Positions 22,423 through 32,851 of a stretch of 64,000 bases of DNA are shown here, piece after piece. The position numbers and the translations under genes were made by a program. A model generated the notes under the pieces. It was not told where the DNA came from, searched no databases, and was given only the letters and a program-made list of their open reading frames with translations. How positions within the stretch are numbered: position 1 is the first letter of the stretch; every line of letters starts with the position of its first letter. Source of the stretch: Candidatus Poribacteria bacterium (lineage in GTDB: Bacteria; Poribacteria; WGA-4E; PCPOR2b); contig OZ240245.1 in the NCBI GenBank assembly GCA_965198175.1, positions 352,001-416,000 on the forward strand, written 5' to 3'.

Positions 22423-23763
22423 CTATTTTAAATCAGTTGTTAAGACATTAATGATCTGATTGAGTTTTGAATCGTCCGGAATCCTTTGTTCAATCTGCTT
22501 GTACGCATGCAGAACGGTGGTGTGATCTCGCTTGTTGAAAGCATGTGCAATTTCCGTGAAGGATAGATTTGTCAGTTCTCTACAGAGGTACATCGAGATT
22601 TGCCGCGGGTAGACTAAAACATTGGTTCGCGAGCTAGATTTGAGATCGGAGACTTTCAGTTCAAAATAGGTTGCGACCGCTTTTTGAATATCATCGGCTG
22701 TGACTGCTTTATGTAGAGTCGGAGATGGCTGTGTGGTGAGAGGACCTAACACTCGAGCGGCAAACTCAACTGTTAATTCTTCTTCAAAGACACTACTCTC
22801 TGTAACAAGGCGAATGAGTGCGCCTTCAAGGTTACGGATGTTCGTTTGAACAATCTCAGCAGTATAGCTTAAAACGCTATCATGAATATTTTCAAATCCG
22901 TGATCTTCGCACTTCTGGCGGAGAATAGCCACTCGTGTTTCAAATTGAGGTGGACCGATGTCTGCTACCATTCCCCACTCAAAGCGAGATCGAAGCCTCT
23001 CCTCAACCCTTTCAAGATTTTTAGGTGGGCGATCACTGGTCATCACGATGTGATTCGAGTTTCGATGTAATTCATTGAAAGTGTGGAAGAATTCCTCCTG
23101 TGTCCCCTCTTTACGTTGTAGAAACTGGATGTCATCAATCAAAAGCACATCTGCTGTACGGTATTTATTCCGAAAATCCTGAGCGGTTGTCGGGGCGATA
23201 ATGGAATCAATGAATTCATTCATGAAAGTTTCGGACGTTACATAACGCACTTTGAGGTGCGAATGATGTTCTTGGATATGATTGCCGACCGCGTGTAGCA
23301 GATGGGTTTTACCCAACCCGGCTTCGCCATAGATGAATAGTGGGTTGTATATCTTACCGGGATTTTCGGAGCCAGCAAGTGCGGCTGCATGGCTCAAACG
23401 ATTACTGGTCCCTACAACAAAACGATCGAAAGTATACTTGGGGTCTAAGCTGGTTTCTTTAGGAGAGGACACAGGCGCTGTCGTAACAGCAGATGGAGAG
23501 TCAGGGGGCTGCTTGACATTAGGCTGAACAACCGTAATGTTGAGTCTACATCCTATACTCACATGCTTTTCTAGTAGCTCGTTAATGGATGGTAGAAATC
23601 GATCTTCAATTTGCTCCTGTGTGTACTGAGCTGGTACTGAAACAGTGAACTGACTTTCCGTAAGTGTGATAGGTTTGGTCTGTTTGAGAAAAATATTGTC
23701 TCGGGCAGCGTCACCGAGTTCAGATAGAATTTTTAACCAGATTTCATTAGGGCTGTGCCGCAT
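22423..23763 (-). CDS. dnaA: Chromosomal replication initiator DnaA
   Basis: YNPLFIYGEAGLGKTHL, LLIDDIQF, RLRSRF, RDHTTV. Confidence 0.98.
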   Translation of the reverse strand: MRHSPNEIWLKILSELGDAARDNIFLKQTKPITLTESQFTVSVPAQYTQEQIEDRFLPSINELLEKHVSIGCRLNITVVQPNVKQPPDSPSAVTTAPVSSPKETSLDPKYTFDRFVVGTSNRLSHAAALAGSENPGKIYNPLFIYGEAGLGKTHLLHAVGNHIQEHHSHLKVRYVTSETFMNEFIDSIIAPTTAQDFRNKYRTADVLLIDDIQFLQRKEGTQEEFFHTFNELHRNSNHIVMTSDRPPKNLERVEERLRSRFEWGMVADIGPPQFETRVAILRQKCEDHGFENIHDSVLSYTAEIVQTNIRNLEGALIRLVTESSVFEEELTVEFAARVLGPLTTQPSPTLHKAVTADDIQKAVATYFELKVSDLKSSSRTNVLVYPRQISMYLCRELTNLSFTEIAHAFNKRDHTTVLHAYKQIEQRIPDDSKLNQIINVLTTDLK

Positions 23764-23937
23764 AATGGAATTCCTAAATCCGTTAGTGCGGGGAGGTTAC
23801 CGCACCATCTGGAGTTTCTTTAAATAGTATCAAGCAAGGGCAACAAGCATTAAGAAGCTAATGCAAATGGAAAAATCTATATTAGGAACAACTATAGCTG
23901 TGGTGAATTTGGCGGGCCAATTGTCAGAGGGACATTT

Positions 23938-24156
23938 ATATCCACAAGTTATTCACAACTTATCCACAAAATTTATACGACTTAGAAACGTAGTGGTAGA
24001 TGCACTTTGAATAGCATGTGATATGGTATAAATGTCTGAATAGCTGATGGACGGATATGCTTTATGTTTTTCTCTCTGGGTGTTTATCGTCTTAAATACA
24101 CCTATTGCAAAAGATTCGCCTCAAGAGAATCGGGGCTTACTCACAACCTATCCACA
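23938..24156 (+). promoter_or_regulatory. DnaA-box cluster upstream of dnaA
   Basis: ATATCCACA 23938, TTATTCACA 23949, TTATCCACA 23960, TTACTCACA 24137, CTATCCACA 24148. Confidence 0.8.
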
Positions 24157-24273
24157 AAATCTTCACTCCGTCCGCATAAAATCAGAGTTATTTAGTGGAA
24201 TTAGGATTCTAGTATATCATGAAACCCCAACTTTGCGCAAGTTGAAAATCCAATCTATTGTAGGGAAAAAAGC

Positions 24274-24303
24274 TTGACAAATTCCGATCGAATAGACTAT
24301 TAT
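24274..24303 (+). promoter_or_regulatory. Sigma70-type promoter for rpmH
   Basis: TTGACA-18 nt-TATTAT. Confidence 0.6.
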
Positions 24304-24344
24304 TCTTCTGGTTTTTGTAGATCATTCTTGGAAGGAGTGAGTTA

Positions 24345-24479
24345 TTGAAACGCACATATCAACCTCACCGTCGCAAACGAAAAAACAAATTCGGGTTCCG
24401 TAAACGGATGTCTAATCGGCATGGGCGAAAGATTTTGTCTCGACGACGTGCGAAAGGACGAAAAGTCCTAAGTGCCTAG
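24345..24479 (+). CDS. rpmH: 50S ribosomal protein L34 (below the ORF-track size cutoff)
   Basis: TTG start after [50 protein letters not shown]. Confidence 0.97.
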   Translation: MKRTYQPHRRKRKNKFGFRKRMSNRHGRKILSRRRAKGRKVLSA

Positions 24480-24500
24480 AAATACATACCTGAATTATGC

Positions 24501-25508
24501 TTGACAATGATACTGCCGCCTGGAAAGCTCAGAATAGATTTCTTGCAGCAAATTCTGCCTCAATCTCATAACGAAGACCGCGTTATTGTTGGACCAGCTA
24601 TCGGAGAGGATGCTACAGTCATCGACTTTGGAGAAACTTGTCTTGTTGCAAAGACAGATCCGATTACCTTTGCAACCGAAGAGATTGGTTGGTACCTTGT
24701 TTGCGTGAATAGCAACGACATCGCAACAATGGGAGCAGTTCCAAAATGGTTGTTAGTGACCATTCTCCTGCCAGAAAATCAAACGACCGAGGATTTAGTT
24801 CGTAAGATTATGCGACAAATCACTTCGGCATGCGATCATTTTAACATCACGCTATGCGGCGGGCACACCGAAGTCACTTACGGCTTAGATCGACCAATCG
24901 TCATTGGGCAGATGCTCGGCGAGGTCAAAAAGGAGAACTTGGTTACTGCGTCAGGAGCTCAGTCGGGGGACGATCTGATTCTAACGAAAGGGATTGGCAT
25001 CGAAGCGACCGCAATCATCGCCCGTGAACGGGAAGCAGATCTATCTAATCGATTTTCTCCTGCTTTCCTCAACCGGGCAAGAAGTTATTTAACAGTTCCC
25101 GGTATTTCAGTCTTGAAAGAAGCTTTAATTGCTGCCGGTATGAGGGGCGTTCATGCGATGCACGATCCAACTGAAGGCGGTGTGGCGACTGCAATTCACG
25201 AGTTAGCACATGCAGCGAAGCTTGGCGCAGTCCTTTGGGAGAAGAAATTGCTCATCTCGGAAGAGACTAAACAACTGTGTGAGGAATTTCACCTGAATCC
25301 GTTGGGGGTTATCTCTTCGGGAGCATTGCTCATCGCAGCGGCGCCAACGAAAACCAACGAGATAATGTTTGCTCTATCTGAACAAGATGTCCCCTGTGAG
25401 ATTATTGGTGAATTATTGTCTCCTGATAGCGGACTCTGGCTTGAGACCAACGAACAACGCCGACCGCTGCCCATTTTTGAAACTGACGAGATTACTAAGA
25501 TTTTATAG
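24501..25508 (+). CDS. AIR synthase-related protein (HypE/ThiL/PurM superfamily)
   Basis: IGEDA, KTDP, NDIA, GGHTE, HDPTEGG. Confidence 0.88.
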   Translation: MTMILPPGKLRIDFLQQILPQSHNEDRVIVGPAIGEDATVIDFGETCLVAKTDPITFATEEIGWYLVCVNSNDIATMGAVPKWLLVTILLPENQTTEDLVRKIMRQITSACDHFNITLCGGHTEVTYGLDRPIVIGQMLGEVKKENLVTASGAQSGDDLILTKGIGIEATAIIAREREADLSNRFSPAFLNRARSYLTVPGISVLKEALIAAGMRGVHAMHDPTEGGVATAIHELAHAAKLGAVLWEKKLLISEETKQLCEEFHLNPLGVISSGALLIAAAPTKTNEIMFALSEQDVPCEIIGELLSPDSGLWLETNEQRRPLPIFETDEITKIL

Positions 25509-25613
25509 ATTATCCTTGGTAAAATGGTACAAATCGTCTTCCCAAAGAACGAGAAGTTAACTAAGGCGCACCAGTACACGGAGGCGCGGGTTGGACTTTC
25601 AGGAGTGATATAA

Positions 25614-26864
25614 GTGCCAAGAGAGTTCGACGTCCCAATTTTCTACCGAAGCTCCATAATTTCCGTCGTCAAGAAGGCGCGCCGGATGACTGATCCGCTC
25701 AAGCGGGATCTCTCACCCTCGGTGTTGGACTTTGGCCCGGTTCGTTTCAAAATTGCCAGACACTTTGGGTTCTGCTATGGGGTTGAAAACGCTATTGAGA
25801 TTGCCTATCGAGCACTTGAAGAAAATCCGCACAAGCGGGTCTTTCTACTATCGGAGATGATTCATAATCCCCGTGTCAATGCGAATTTGCGCCAGCGCGG
25901 CGTACAGTTCCTCTGCGACACCGCCGGAAATCAGCTCATTCCTTTCGATACATTGACGCCGAATGATATTGTCATTGTACCCGCGTTTGGAACTACGCTG
26001 GAAGTACAAGCTGAGCTTGACCGACACGGCATCAATCCCTATGCGTACAATACGACCTGTCCTTTTGTTGAGAAGGTGTGGAAAAAAAGCCGTGAGATTG
26101 GTCTACAAAATTACACCGTTGTTGTCCATGGTAAGCGATACCACGAGGAAACGCGCGCAACATTTTCTCATGCGAGAGCGGAAGCACCTGTAGTCGTGGT
26201 ACGCGATTTAGAAGAAACGAAAAACCTCGCAAAGGTGATACGCGGAGAAGCATCCAGAGCATTTTTCTTTGCGTATTTCGAGGACCGTTACTCTGATGGC
26301 TTCGATCCGAATCTCCATCTCCAGCGTATCGGCGTGGTTAATCAAACAACAATGCTTGCTACCGAGACGCAGGCGATTGCGGATTTGCTTCGAGGGGCGA
26401 TGATGGATCGGTATGGCGAGGAACATATTGACGAACACTTTGCCGACGCGAAGGACACGCTTTGTTACGCGACGAAAGAAAATCAAGATGCAACTATTGC
26501 TCTAATCGAAGACGGTGGCGACTTAGCTGTAATTGTAGGGGGATACAATTCCTCCAATACTAGCCACCTTGTGGAACTGTGTGAACAAAAAATGCCGACT
26601 TATTTCATCTGCGATGCTAACGAATTGATCTCGCCAACACGCATTCGTCACTTAGGCATCGACGCAAAAGCCGTGCGTGAAACAGCCAATTGGCTTCTGA
26701 TGAACCCTCCCGGTGGTGTCCCTACCAATATTGTTCTCACGGCGGGTGCCTCTTGCCCCGATGCCCTACTCGACGAAGTGCTGCGCAAAATTATCTCCTG
26801 GTTCCCCGAAGCCTCTTCGATTGATACTGGGCTTGTTCCTTACCGCGATCAAATGCTAGATTAA
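25614..26864 (+). CDS. ispH: 4-hydroxy-3-methylbut-2-enyl diphosphate reductase
   Basis: GFCYGV, IHNP, TCPFV, HEET, QTT, LCYAT..NQ, SSNT, TAGASCP. Confidence 0.95.
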   Translation: MPREFDVPIFYRSSIISVVKKARRMTDPLKRDLSPSVLDFGPVRFKIARHFGFCYGVENAIEIAYRALEENPHKRVFLLSEMIHNPRVNANLRQRGVQFLCDTAGNQLIPFDTLTPNDIVIVPAFGTTLEVQAELDRHGINPYAYNTTCPFVEKVWKKSREIGLQNYTVVVHGKRYHEETRATFSHARAEAPVVVVRDLEETKNLAKVIRGEASRAFFFAYFEDRYSDGFDPNLHLQRIGVVNQTTMLATETQAIADLLRGAMMDRYGEEHIDEHFADAKDTLCYATKENQDATIALIEDGGDLAVIVGGYNSSNTSHLVELCEQKMPTYFICDANELISPTRIRHLGIDAKAVRETANWLLMNPPGGVPTNIVLTAGASCPDALLDEVLRKIISWFPEASSIDTGLVPYRDQMLD

Positions 26865-26956
26865 ATCATGCTTGTAACTGTTTCAAATGATGCCATCGGA
26901 CATCAGGACAAGCATATCGCCACTGTCCGACGAAAGCCTGTTTAGCAGCAAGCTAA

Positions 26957-29900
26957 TCAATTTCCCTTCAAGATGGTGCAATCGAATACCATGCCGACGC
27001 TACCCTGAAATTTCACTCGGACATAGTCTTTATCTCGGGTGAGGTCGATAGGAATATCGTAAGTGACATCAAAAAATTCACCGGGGCGGTTATTGCTTAG
27101 GGTTTGTGTAGCAATGCACCGATCCTCTACATAAATATCAAAGGTACGTCCAGTCTCACTGCCCCAGTAGGTAGCGCTCAGCGTCATCGGAGCGTCTGGA
27201 AGAACAGCCAACTCATAACTAAACCAACCATCTTCTGCTGTATTTCGCCAGTTGCGACCCATGTGTTGTGAAGCTGAACTGTGTTCGCTCTCAAGCTTAT
27301 GTAAATATTCGGACTCAATATTCGAAATCACCTTGACAGTATCGACGGTTCGCGCCAGTTTTTCCTTTCTTTGCTGTTTTTCGGCTAAGTAGTCTGCATG
27401 GGCTTTGCTGCCTATCTGGAATATACGCCAATAAATTGCGTAGCGATCGTCAAACAGTTGATAAAATGGAATGAGTGTCACATCTTCATCTTGCCCAACT
27501 GTGCGGAAGGTCAGCAGCTTACCTTCGACCGGCTGTATCCATCTATTGAGGTCATCCGATTCGGCAACGAAAACCGGCGCATCGACCGGTTCGGTCATGC
27601 TCGCTTCACCAGCTTTAACGCTAGGGACATCTGTATTACCCAATTCCCCCGCCAACACCAAAGGACCATACATAATCGCCACGAGTGTGTCATCATCCGG
27701 CATGGGATGTAGATGTAGACACATTGGCAAACGCAATTTCAACGTGTCACCATCTTCCCAAATACGTTTGAGTGTCAGATAATCTCCGTGACTGGAAAAT
27801 ACCTGCAGTGATTTGCCATTGAGCCACACCTCGCCGCCGTGTTCTGCCCAGTAAGGTATGCGTAGATGTAACGAGAATTCGATAGGTTTCTCTAATGACA
27901 GAACAATTTTAGTGTAATCCTCCGCAGGAAAGTTGGTTTCCTGACGCAGGCGGAGTCCTTTATCTTGCCACCACAATTCTGACGCAATGAACTGGTTAAT
28001 GAAAAGCTCGTCTCCATTATAGAAGTAGATGCTGTCGCTAAGTTTGGCAAATGACTCTATTCCTGTGCCTACACAGCACATGAAGGCATCTTTTCGGTCT
28101 GGGCTGTCGTCACTTTCGGGCATGCTAAAGCATTTGTAGTATCCTGAAGCCATAGGAACATACCACATCATCATGCCGTCATCGGGATTTTGCGTGGGGA
28201 GAATCCCATTGAACAACGCTCGTTCGTAGTAATCCGCGTAGCGCGGGTCAGCTGTCCATCCAAAAAGATGGCGTGTCAGTTTTAACATGTTGTAGGTCGT
28301 ACAGGATTCATGTGTTCGATTGCTTAGCTGACATGACAATTTATCCGGGTGCTGCCAGTGTTCATGGTCCGTCGATCCGCCGGTGACGTAAGAGCGGGTG
28401 TTGACAATCTGACCCCAAAAGAATTCAGCAATGTCGTGATAACGCTTCTCGCCGAGCAGTTCATACCTGTGTGCAGCGCCAAGAATTTTGGGTATTGTCG
28501 AGTTGCCATGAAGCCAGATTAAGACATCATCGTGGCGTTCAGATATCGGGTCAAAGATTCGCTTATGCTCAAATCGCATAGCCAATCTCAGGTGATCTCG
28601 ATCTTGGGTTGCGGCATACAGATTCAATAGCAACTCCTTCATCCCACCGTGCTCTATATTGAGTATTTGCTGCCAATGATCTTCAGCCAGTCGATCAGTT
28701 CGCCATATTGCCCACGCAGCCATATTTTTGAGCACCTCCAACGCTTGCTGGTTGCCAATAAATTTGTACATATTAAAAAGCCCATCCATTATTTTATGGA
28801 TGACGTACCATGAGACTCTAGAGATACCGGTACGTCCGGGCTCACCGGCTTCGATGTCATCAAAAAAGTCCTCCGGAAATGCGCTGAGGTAACCTCCTCC
28901 AATAGCTTGCTGACATTTCGCTAGTTCCGTCACAATAAAATTAGCTTTGTCCTTGAGCGCTCCATCATCGACACTGACATACATTAAGGCGCAGGCTGTG
29001 AGGTAATGCCCTATGAAGGCTCCGCGAAGGATAAAGTCCGGACTTTCCCATCCGCCAAGTGGCTCGGCGGTCGATGGCAAACCCGCCGTTACACGAAACA
29101 TGTGAAGCAGACGGTCGGCATCTAGTGCATGAAGGTATTGGCGATCTCGCAACATAGAATCTTTAAATGGGCCATCGAGCAAACGTACGTTTTGCAGGTC
29201 AAAAGGCTGTGCTTGAAATTGTATAGGCTTGGGAGTTGGGAGAATTTCACTTCGGATGGACGCTTTTTCGCCAGTTGGATAGAAAGGGAAAAAATCATTA
29301 TTGGGAGTAATGCCAATCACTTCATCACCCTGCCAGGTGAGTGTATATTCCACATTATCAGTGATTTCAACTTCTTGATTTACCGGCAAGCCGTATGATA
29401 AGTCAATTACGCCCGGTAATTTGTCTTTGGGGATAACGATAAAATCACCAAGCATGTCTGGCGCGAACTCTTCTTCATTTAGGGTCAAGCGGATTGTCTC
29501 TTTAGGCGTCCACCGGGGTATTCTTATGAAGGTATTTTCCTGGTTTTTGAGACTGATGTTTACCTTCGCCTGATGCGATCTCATACTTGTGATTTTGAGG
29601 TTTTCATCTTCGTAATCAAGATGGAAGTAAATGGTTAATCCCCTATCGTCTGCTACGGCGATATGATGGTAGATATCTATGAACGAGTGTAAAGCAGCAG
29701 CGGTGACATCGGTGACGGATTGTTTGCCCGCGTGTGGGGTGCTGTGTAGGCCCCCAATGGCGCCGATAATCCGCTCTCTCACATCGACTAGTGCACCATC
29801 CGAATTGGAAGGTTCCAGCGGTGGACTATCGGTAATCTGCGAGGGAATGAGGCGGGCTCTGACGATATGTTCGACATCGTCGAGAAACTCGGTATAGCCG

Positions 29901-30859
29901 TGACGAACAGCGAGCCAGAGCGCAATCTGAGCGGCGTCACCTGGAGAGGTCACTTCACCTTTGTGTGCGCTATCGTCCCCGAGGTCATGGCATGTGTAAC
30001 CAGATTTTTTGACAATCTTTGGAACTGTTTCTCGATAAGTGTTAGCAACAACATCAATATATTTGTGTTGACCGGTGAGTTCGCCATAGCGCAACAGTCC
30101 GCGCAGCGTGTTGAGATAGGAGTGCGTATGTCCGCGCATGATGTAAGGGTCTTCGGTGGCATCCCATCTTGCGTGGTAGCGTCCATCTGGTCTGGTTGTT
30201 TCAGTGAGGTGATACCGAGAAAATTTTTCCGCTAGTTCCAAAGCTAAGGCGTCCGATGATACTTTATAATACTCAATCAGAGCCTCGATCAGGCGACCGT
30301 GGGACACAATTGCGGAGAGCGCCCAAGAGGATTGGATTTCGGGGCTGCCGGCTTCACTATAACGGTGAGTCTCTTCGACATTCCAGATACCTCTACCAGG
30401 GTTCGCCTCCCAACTTTCGTAGGGATAGAGAATACGATCGATAGACTCCAACATCAGATGCGCTTTTTTTATCGCCCATGGGTCGTTCCGGTATCTAATA
30501 AGCCCGGTGAGGGCTAGGAGACTCTCTCTCGGTGAATGGAAGTCCAGGAGTTCGCCATCAACGCGGGGCATATCTAGGGGGCGGAGGCACAAATGATCGG
30601 GATTGTCGTAGAATTTCTTTAGGTTCTGCAGCATAGCTGCTTCTATATACGGTGGAATTTTGAAACCCGTGGCATCTTCCAAACGGAGCATAGCATCCCA
30701 CCAGCGACCAATATTATGACCGGGCGCGAAAAAACGGATTTCTGCCCGATAGTCGTTATCCGCGAAAATCCAGAAGTTGGGCAAATAGTTATTGTCTGGG
30801 GCAAGCATATGAATTAAATTCTGCCCTGCTAGGTTCATGGACTCCTTCAAATTCACCAT
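26957..30859 (-). CDS. GH127/GH146-type beta-L-arabinofuranosidase fused to an N-terminal GH127-like module
   Basis: C-half: GGWE..LRG.F.GHYL, EHGGM, HESCTTYN, YERAL.N, MCCVG, LRIPYW, YGPLVL; N-half has a parallel architecture. Confidence 0.85.
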   Translation of the reverse strand: MVNLKESMNLAGQNLIHMLAPDNNYLPNFWIFADNDYRAEIRFFAPGHNIGRWWDAMLRLEDATGFKIPPYIEAAMLQNLKKFYDNPDHLCLRPLDMPRVDGELLDFHSPRESLLALTGLIRYRNDPWAIKKAHLMLESIDRILYPYESWEANPGRGIWNVEETHRYSEAGSPEIQSSWALSAIVSHGRLIEALIEYYKVSSDALALELAEKFSRYHLTETTRPDGRYHARWDATEDPYIMRGHTHSYLNTLRGLLRYGELTGQHKYIDVVANTYRETVPKIVKKSGYTCHDLGDDSAHKGEVTSPGDAAQIALWLAVRHGYTEFLDDVEHIVRARLIPSQITDSPPLEPSNSDGALVDVRERIIGAIGGLHSTPHAGKQSVTDVTAAALHSFIDIYHHIAVADDRGLTIYFHLDYEDENLKITSMRSHQAKVNISLKNQENTFIRIPRWTPKETIRLTLNEEEFAPDMLGDFIVIPKDKLPGVIDLSYGLPVNQEVEITDNVEYTLTWQGDEVIGITPNNDFFPFYPTGEKASIRSEILPTPKPIQFQAQPFDLQNVRLLDGPFKDSMLRDRQYLHALDADRLLHMFRVTAGLPSTAEPLGGWESPDFILRGAFIGHYLTACALMYVSVDDGALKDKANFIVTELAKCQQAIGGGYLSAFPEDFFDDIEAGEPGRTGISRVSWYVIHKIMDGLFNMYKFIGNQQALEVLKNMAAWAIWRTDRLAEDHWQQILNIEHGGMKELLLNLYAATQDRDHLRLAMRFEHKRIFDPISERHDDVLIWLHGNSTIPKILGAAHRYELLGEKRYHDIAEFFWGQIVNTRSYVTGGSTDHEHWQHPDKLSCQLSNRTHESCTTYNMLKLTRHLFGWTADPRYADYYERALFNGILPTQNPDDGMMMWYVPMASGYYKCFSMPESDDSPDRKDAFMCCVGTGIESFAKLSDSIYFYNGDELFINQFIASELWWQDKGLRLRQETNFPAEDYTKIVLSLEKPIEFSLHLRIPYWAEHGGEVWLNGKSLQVFSSHGDYLTLKRIWEDGDTLKLRLPMCLHLHPMPDDDTLVAIMYGPLVLAGELGNTDVPSVKAGEASMTEPVDAPVFVAESDDLNRWIQPVEGKLLTFRTVGQDEDVTLIPFYQLFDDRYAIYWRIFQIGSKAHADYLAEKQQRKEKLARTVDTVKVISNIESEYLHKLESEHSSASQHMGRNWRNTAEDGWFSYELAVLPDAPMTLSATYWGSETGRTFDIYVEDRCIATQTLSNNRPGEFFDVTYDIPIDLTRDKDYVRVKFQGSVGMVFDCTILKGN

Positions 30860-30897
30860 TGTGTAAAGACCCCCTTGATATCGTTTTCGGTTCTAGA

Positions 30898-31329
30898 TTA
30901 GCCGATAGACTCCTTCATTGGCTCAAATTTCGGTATGCTGATTTCTGGTGTTACATCATCAAAAGTCACCTGAACACGCATGCCAATCTCGACTTCCATA
31001 GGGTCAATGTTGACAATATTGGAGATCATTCTCGCCCCATCATCCAAATCAATAATCGCATAAACATAGGGCACCTCCGGCGCAAAACTCATGTGTGCGA
31101 CTTGCCGGATAATTGTGAAACTGTATAACGTTCCTAGTCCGGTCGATTTGAGCCAACCGAGGTCTTCGGATAGGCATCGGTAACACATCACCCTGGGGAA
31201 GTAGATGACCTCTCCGCAAGCATTGCATTTCTGTAGGAAAAGCTCGTGCCGTTTCGCAGCTTTCCAGTATTCCTCCGTCTCAGGTTCTATCTTGGGCAAT
31301 GGCTTCGTATATTCGTTTTGTGTCGACAT
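30898..31329 (-). CDS. DUF35 Zn-ribbon/OB-fold acyl-CoA-binding protein
   Basis: CNAC...PR..CYRC; G.LYSFT; IGMRVQVTF. Confidence 0.92.
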   Translation of the reverse strand: MSTQNEYTKPLPKIEPETEEYWKAAKRHELFLQKCNACGEVIYFPRVMCYRCLSEDLGWLKSTGLGTLYSFTIIRQVAHMSFAPEVPYVYAIIDLDDGARMISNIVNIDPMEVEIGMRVQVTFDDVTPEISIPKFEPMKESIG

Positions 31330-31524
31330 AATTCACCTCCTTCCTCTTAAGGGATGTCCTTTAGCAGGGTCTTGGAATCCAACCCTATTCTCGGTTCGGG
31401 GTAAACTACGTGTAGATGGAGGTTGGGGGATAGGTCCGGTATGGGTTTCAACTGAACGATAAGATAATAATAGCACTTGAATGTATCCACAATCCGTATA
31501 ATTGGTATAATCGGCAGTGAATTT

Positions 31525-32706
31525 TTAGGGGATCTCATTTCCAAAAATTAATGTGCATTGGTCAGCCATTGAGCCACCGTTGCCGTTGGACAGACCGAAC
31601 TTTGCCCCGTCGACCTGAAGCTCGCCGGCTCTGCCCATCAACTGTCTCGCTGCTTCAATAGAGTGCATCAGATGGATTCCGGGGTTCGGTTGACCCCTGC
31701 CGAGTTGCCCGCCATCCGTGTTGAGCGGAAACTGCCCTTTGTAGGTTAAGTCACTCTTTTCGACAAATTCTGCACCCATTCCTTTTTCGCAGGCGCCGAT
31801 ATCTTCGAGCGCGATGACAACTGTGATAGTGTAGCAATCGTACAACTCGACAAAGTCCATATCCTGTATCCCTAGCCCTGCCATTTCAAATGCGCGTTCG
31901 GCAGCCAGCTTTATCGGGGAGGTTGTGAGAGTGCGTTCATAGCCATACGCGGGGTTCCACAATCCTCTGTCGAATTGCTGTCCCCCACCTAACAGATAAA
32001 CGGGTGGATTTTTGGCGTCTTTCGCCCGCTCTGCAGAAGACACAACGAGGGCGCATCCTCCAACACACGGCATGACAATCTCGAACAGATGAAGCGGGTC
32101 ACAGATGAGCCTGGAATTCAATACATCTTCTACAGTCACCTGCTTTTTCAACAGGGCGTTCGGGAACTTGGAAGCATGAGATCGCGCATTCATCACCACG
32201 TGCGCAAATTGCTCGTCCCTGGCGTTGAATTCGTGCATATACCGCCGCTTAATCATGGCGTATGCAGAATTGTTGAACATGGGCCCATAAATGCTATCGA
32301 AATCACGTTCAAACGCGGTCCCTGTTTCCAGACCGAATTCGTAGATGCGCTTGGGATCCATTACACTGCCGGCGACAATCAAGACATTATTGCAGATTCC
32401 ACCCGCGATGACGGCAGCCGCATACAATATCGCTGCATTCCCCGATGCACCCCCGCGGTAAACATTATCAAGGAACTTCGGGTGTAGCTGAAGGTATTCT
32501 TGCAGGTCTTCTGTCCATGTCGGTTCTTCGTCTAGCGGATATATAGAGATCAGCCCATCAATGTCGTCTTTCGTTAACCCTGCATCCTCAATGGCAAGCT
32601 TTACTGCCCGACAGTATTCTGTATAGTTCGATCTATTTCCAGGATTGCGTTTTTCAAATTTGGTTTCTCCATAGCCGATAATCGCGGTTTCACCTCTGAT
32701 GCTCAT
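31525..32706 (-). CDS. SCP-x/Ltp2-type thiolase-fold protein
   Basis: AIIGYGET, GGAS in place of the nucleophilic Cys, ELYDCY, NTDGGQLG. Confidence 0.88.
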   Translation of the reverse strand: MSIRGETAIIGYGETKFEKRNPGNRSNYTEYCRAVKLAIEDAGLTKDDIDGLISIYPLDEEPTWTEDLQEYLQLHPKFLDNVYRGGASGNAAILYAAAVIAGGICNNVLIVAGSVMDPKRIYEFGLETGTAFERDFDSIYGPMFNNSAYAMIKRRYMHEFNARDEQFAHVVMNARSHASKFPNALLKKQVTVEDVLNSRLICDPLHLFEIVMPCVGGCALVVSSAERAKDAKNPPVYLLGGGQQFDRGLWNPAYGYERTLTTSPIKLAAERAFEMAGLGIQDMDFVELYDCYTITVVIALEDIGACEKGMGAEFVEKSDLTYKGQFPLNTDGGQLGRGQPNPGIHLMHSIEAARQLMGRAGELQVDGAKFGLSNGNGGSMADQCTLIFGNEIP

Positions 32707-32822
32707 TTGAAAATCCCTCCGATTCGTATAAGTGAGACTTCAGAAGGCTGCAAAGCTCAAAAGTATATGAAAGCCACACCCTCTCGGTGAACACCCTGAA
32801 CATGCCAATTGACACACGCCAT

Positions 32823-32851
32823 ATTATAGCACGATGCAGGGATTTTGTTAA
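32823..32851 (-). promoter_or_regulatory. Promoter for the thiolase-DUF35-GH127 run
   Basis: TTAACA-17 nt-TATAAT with TG extension. Confidence 0.65.

Noticed and set aside
24047..24277. 76-aa ORF between dnaA and rpmH
   Set aside because: Overlaps DnaA boxes and the rpmH promoter; no RBS or recognisable motif
24501..25508. Hydrogenase maturation gene hypE
   Set aside because: Lacks the C-terminal PRIC motif and no hyp genes are nearby
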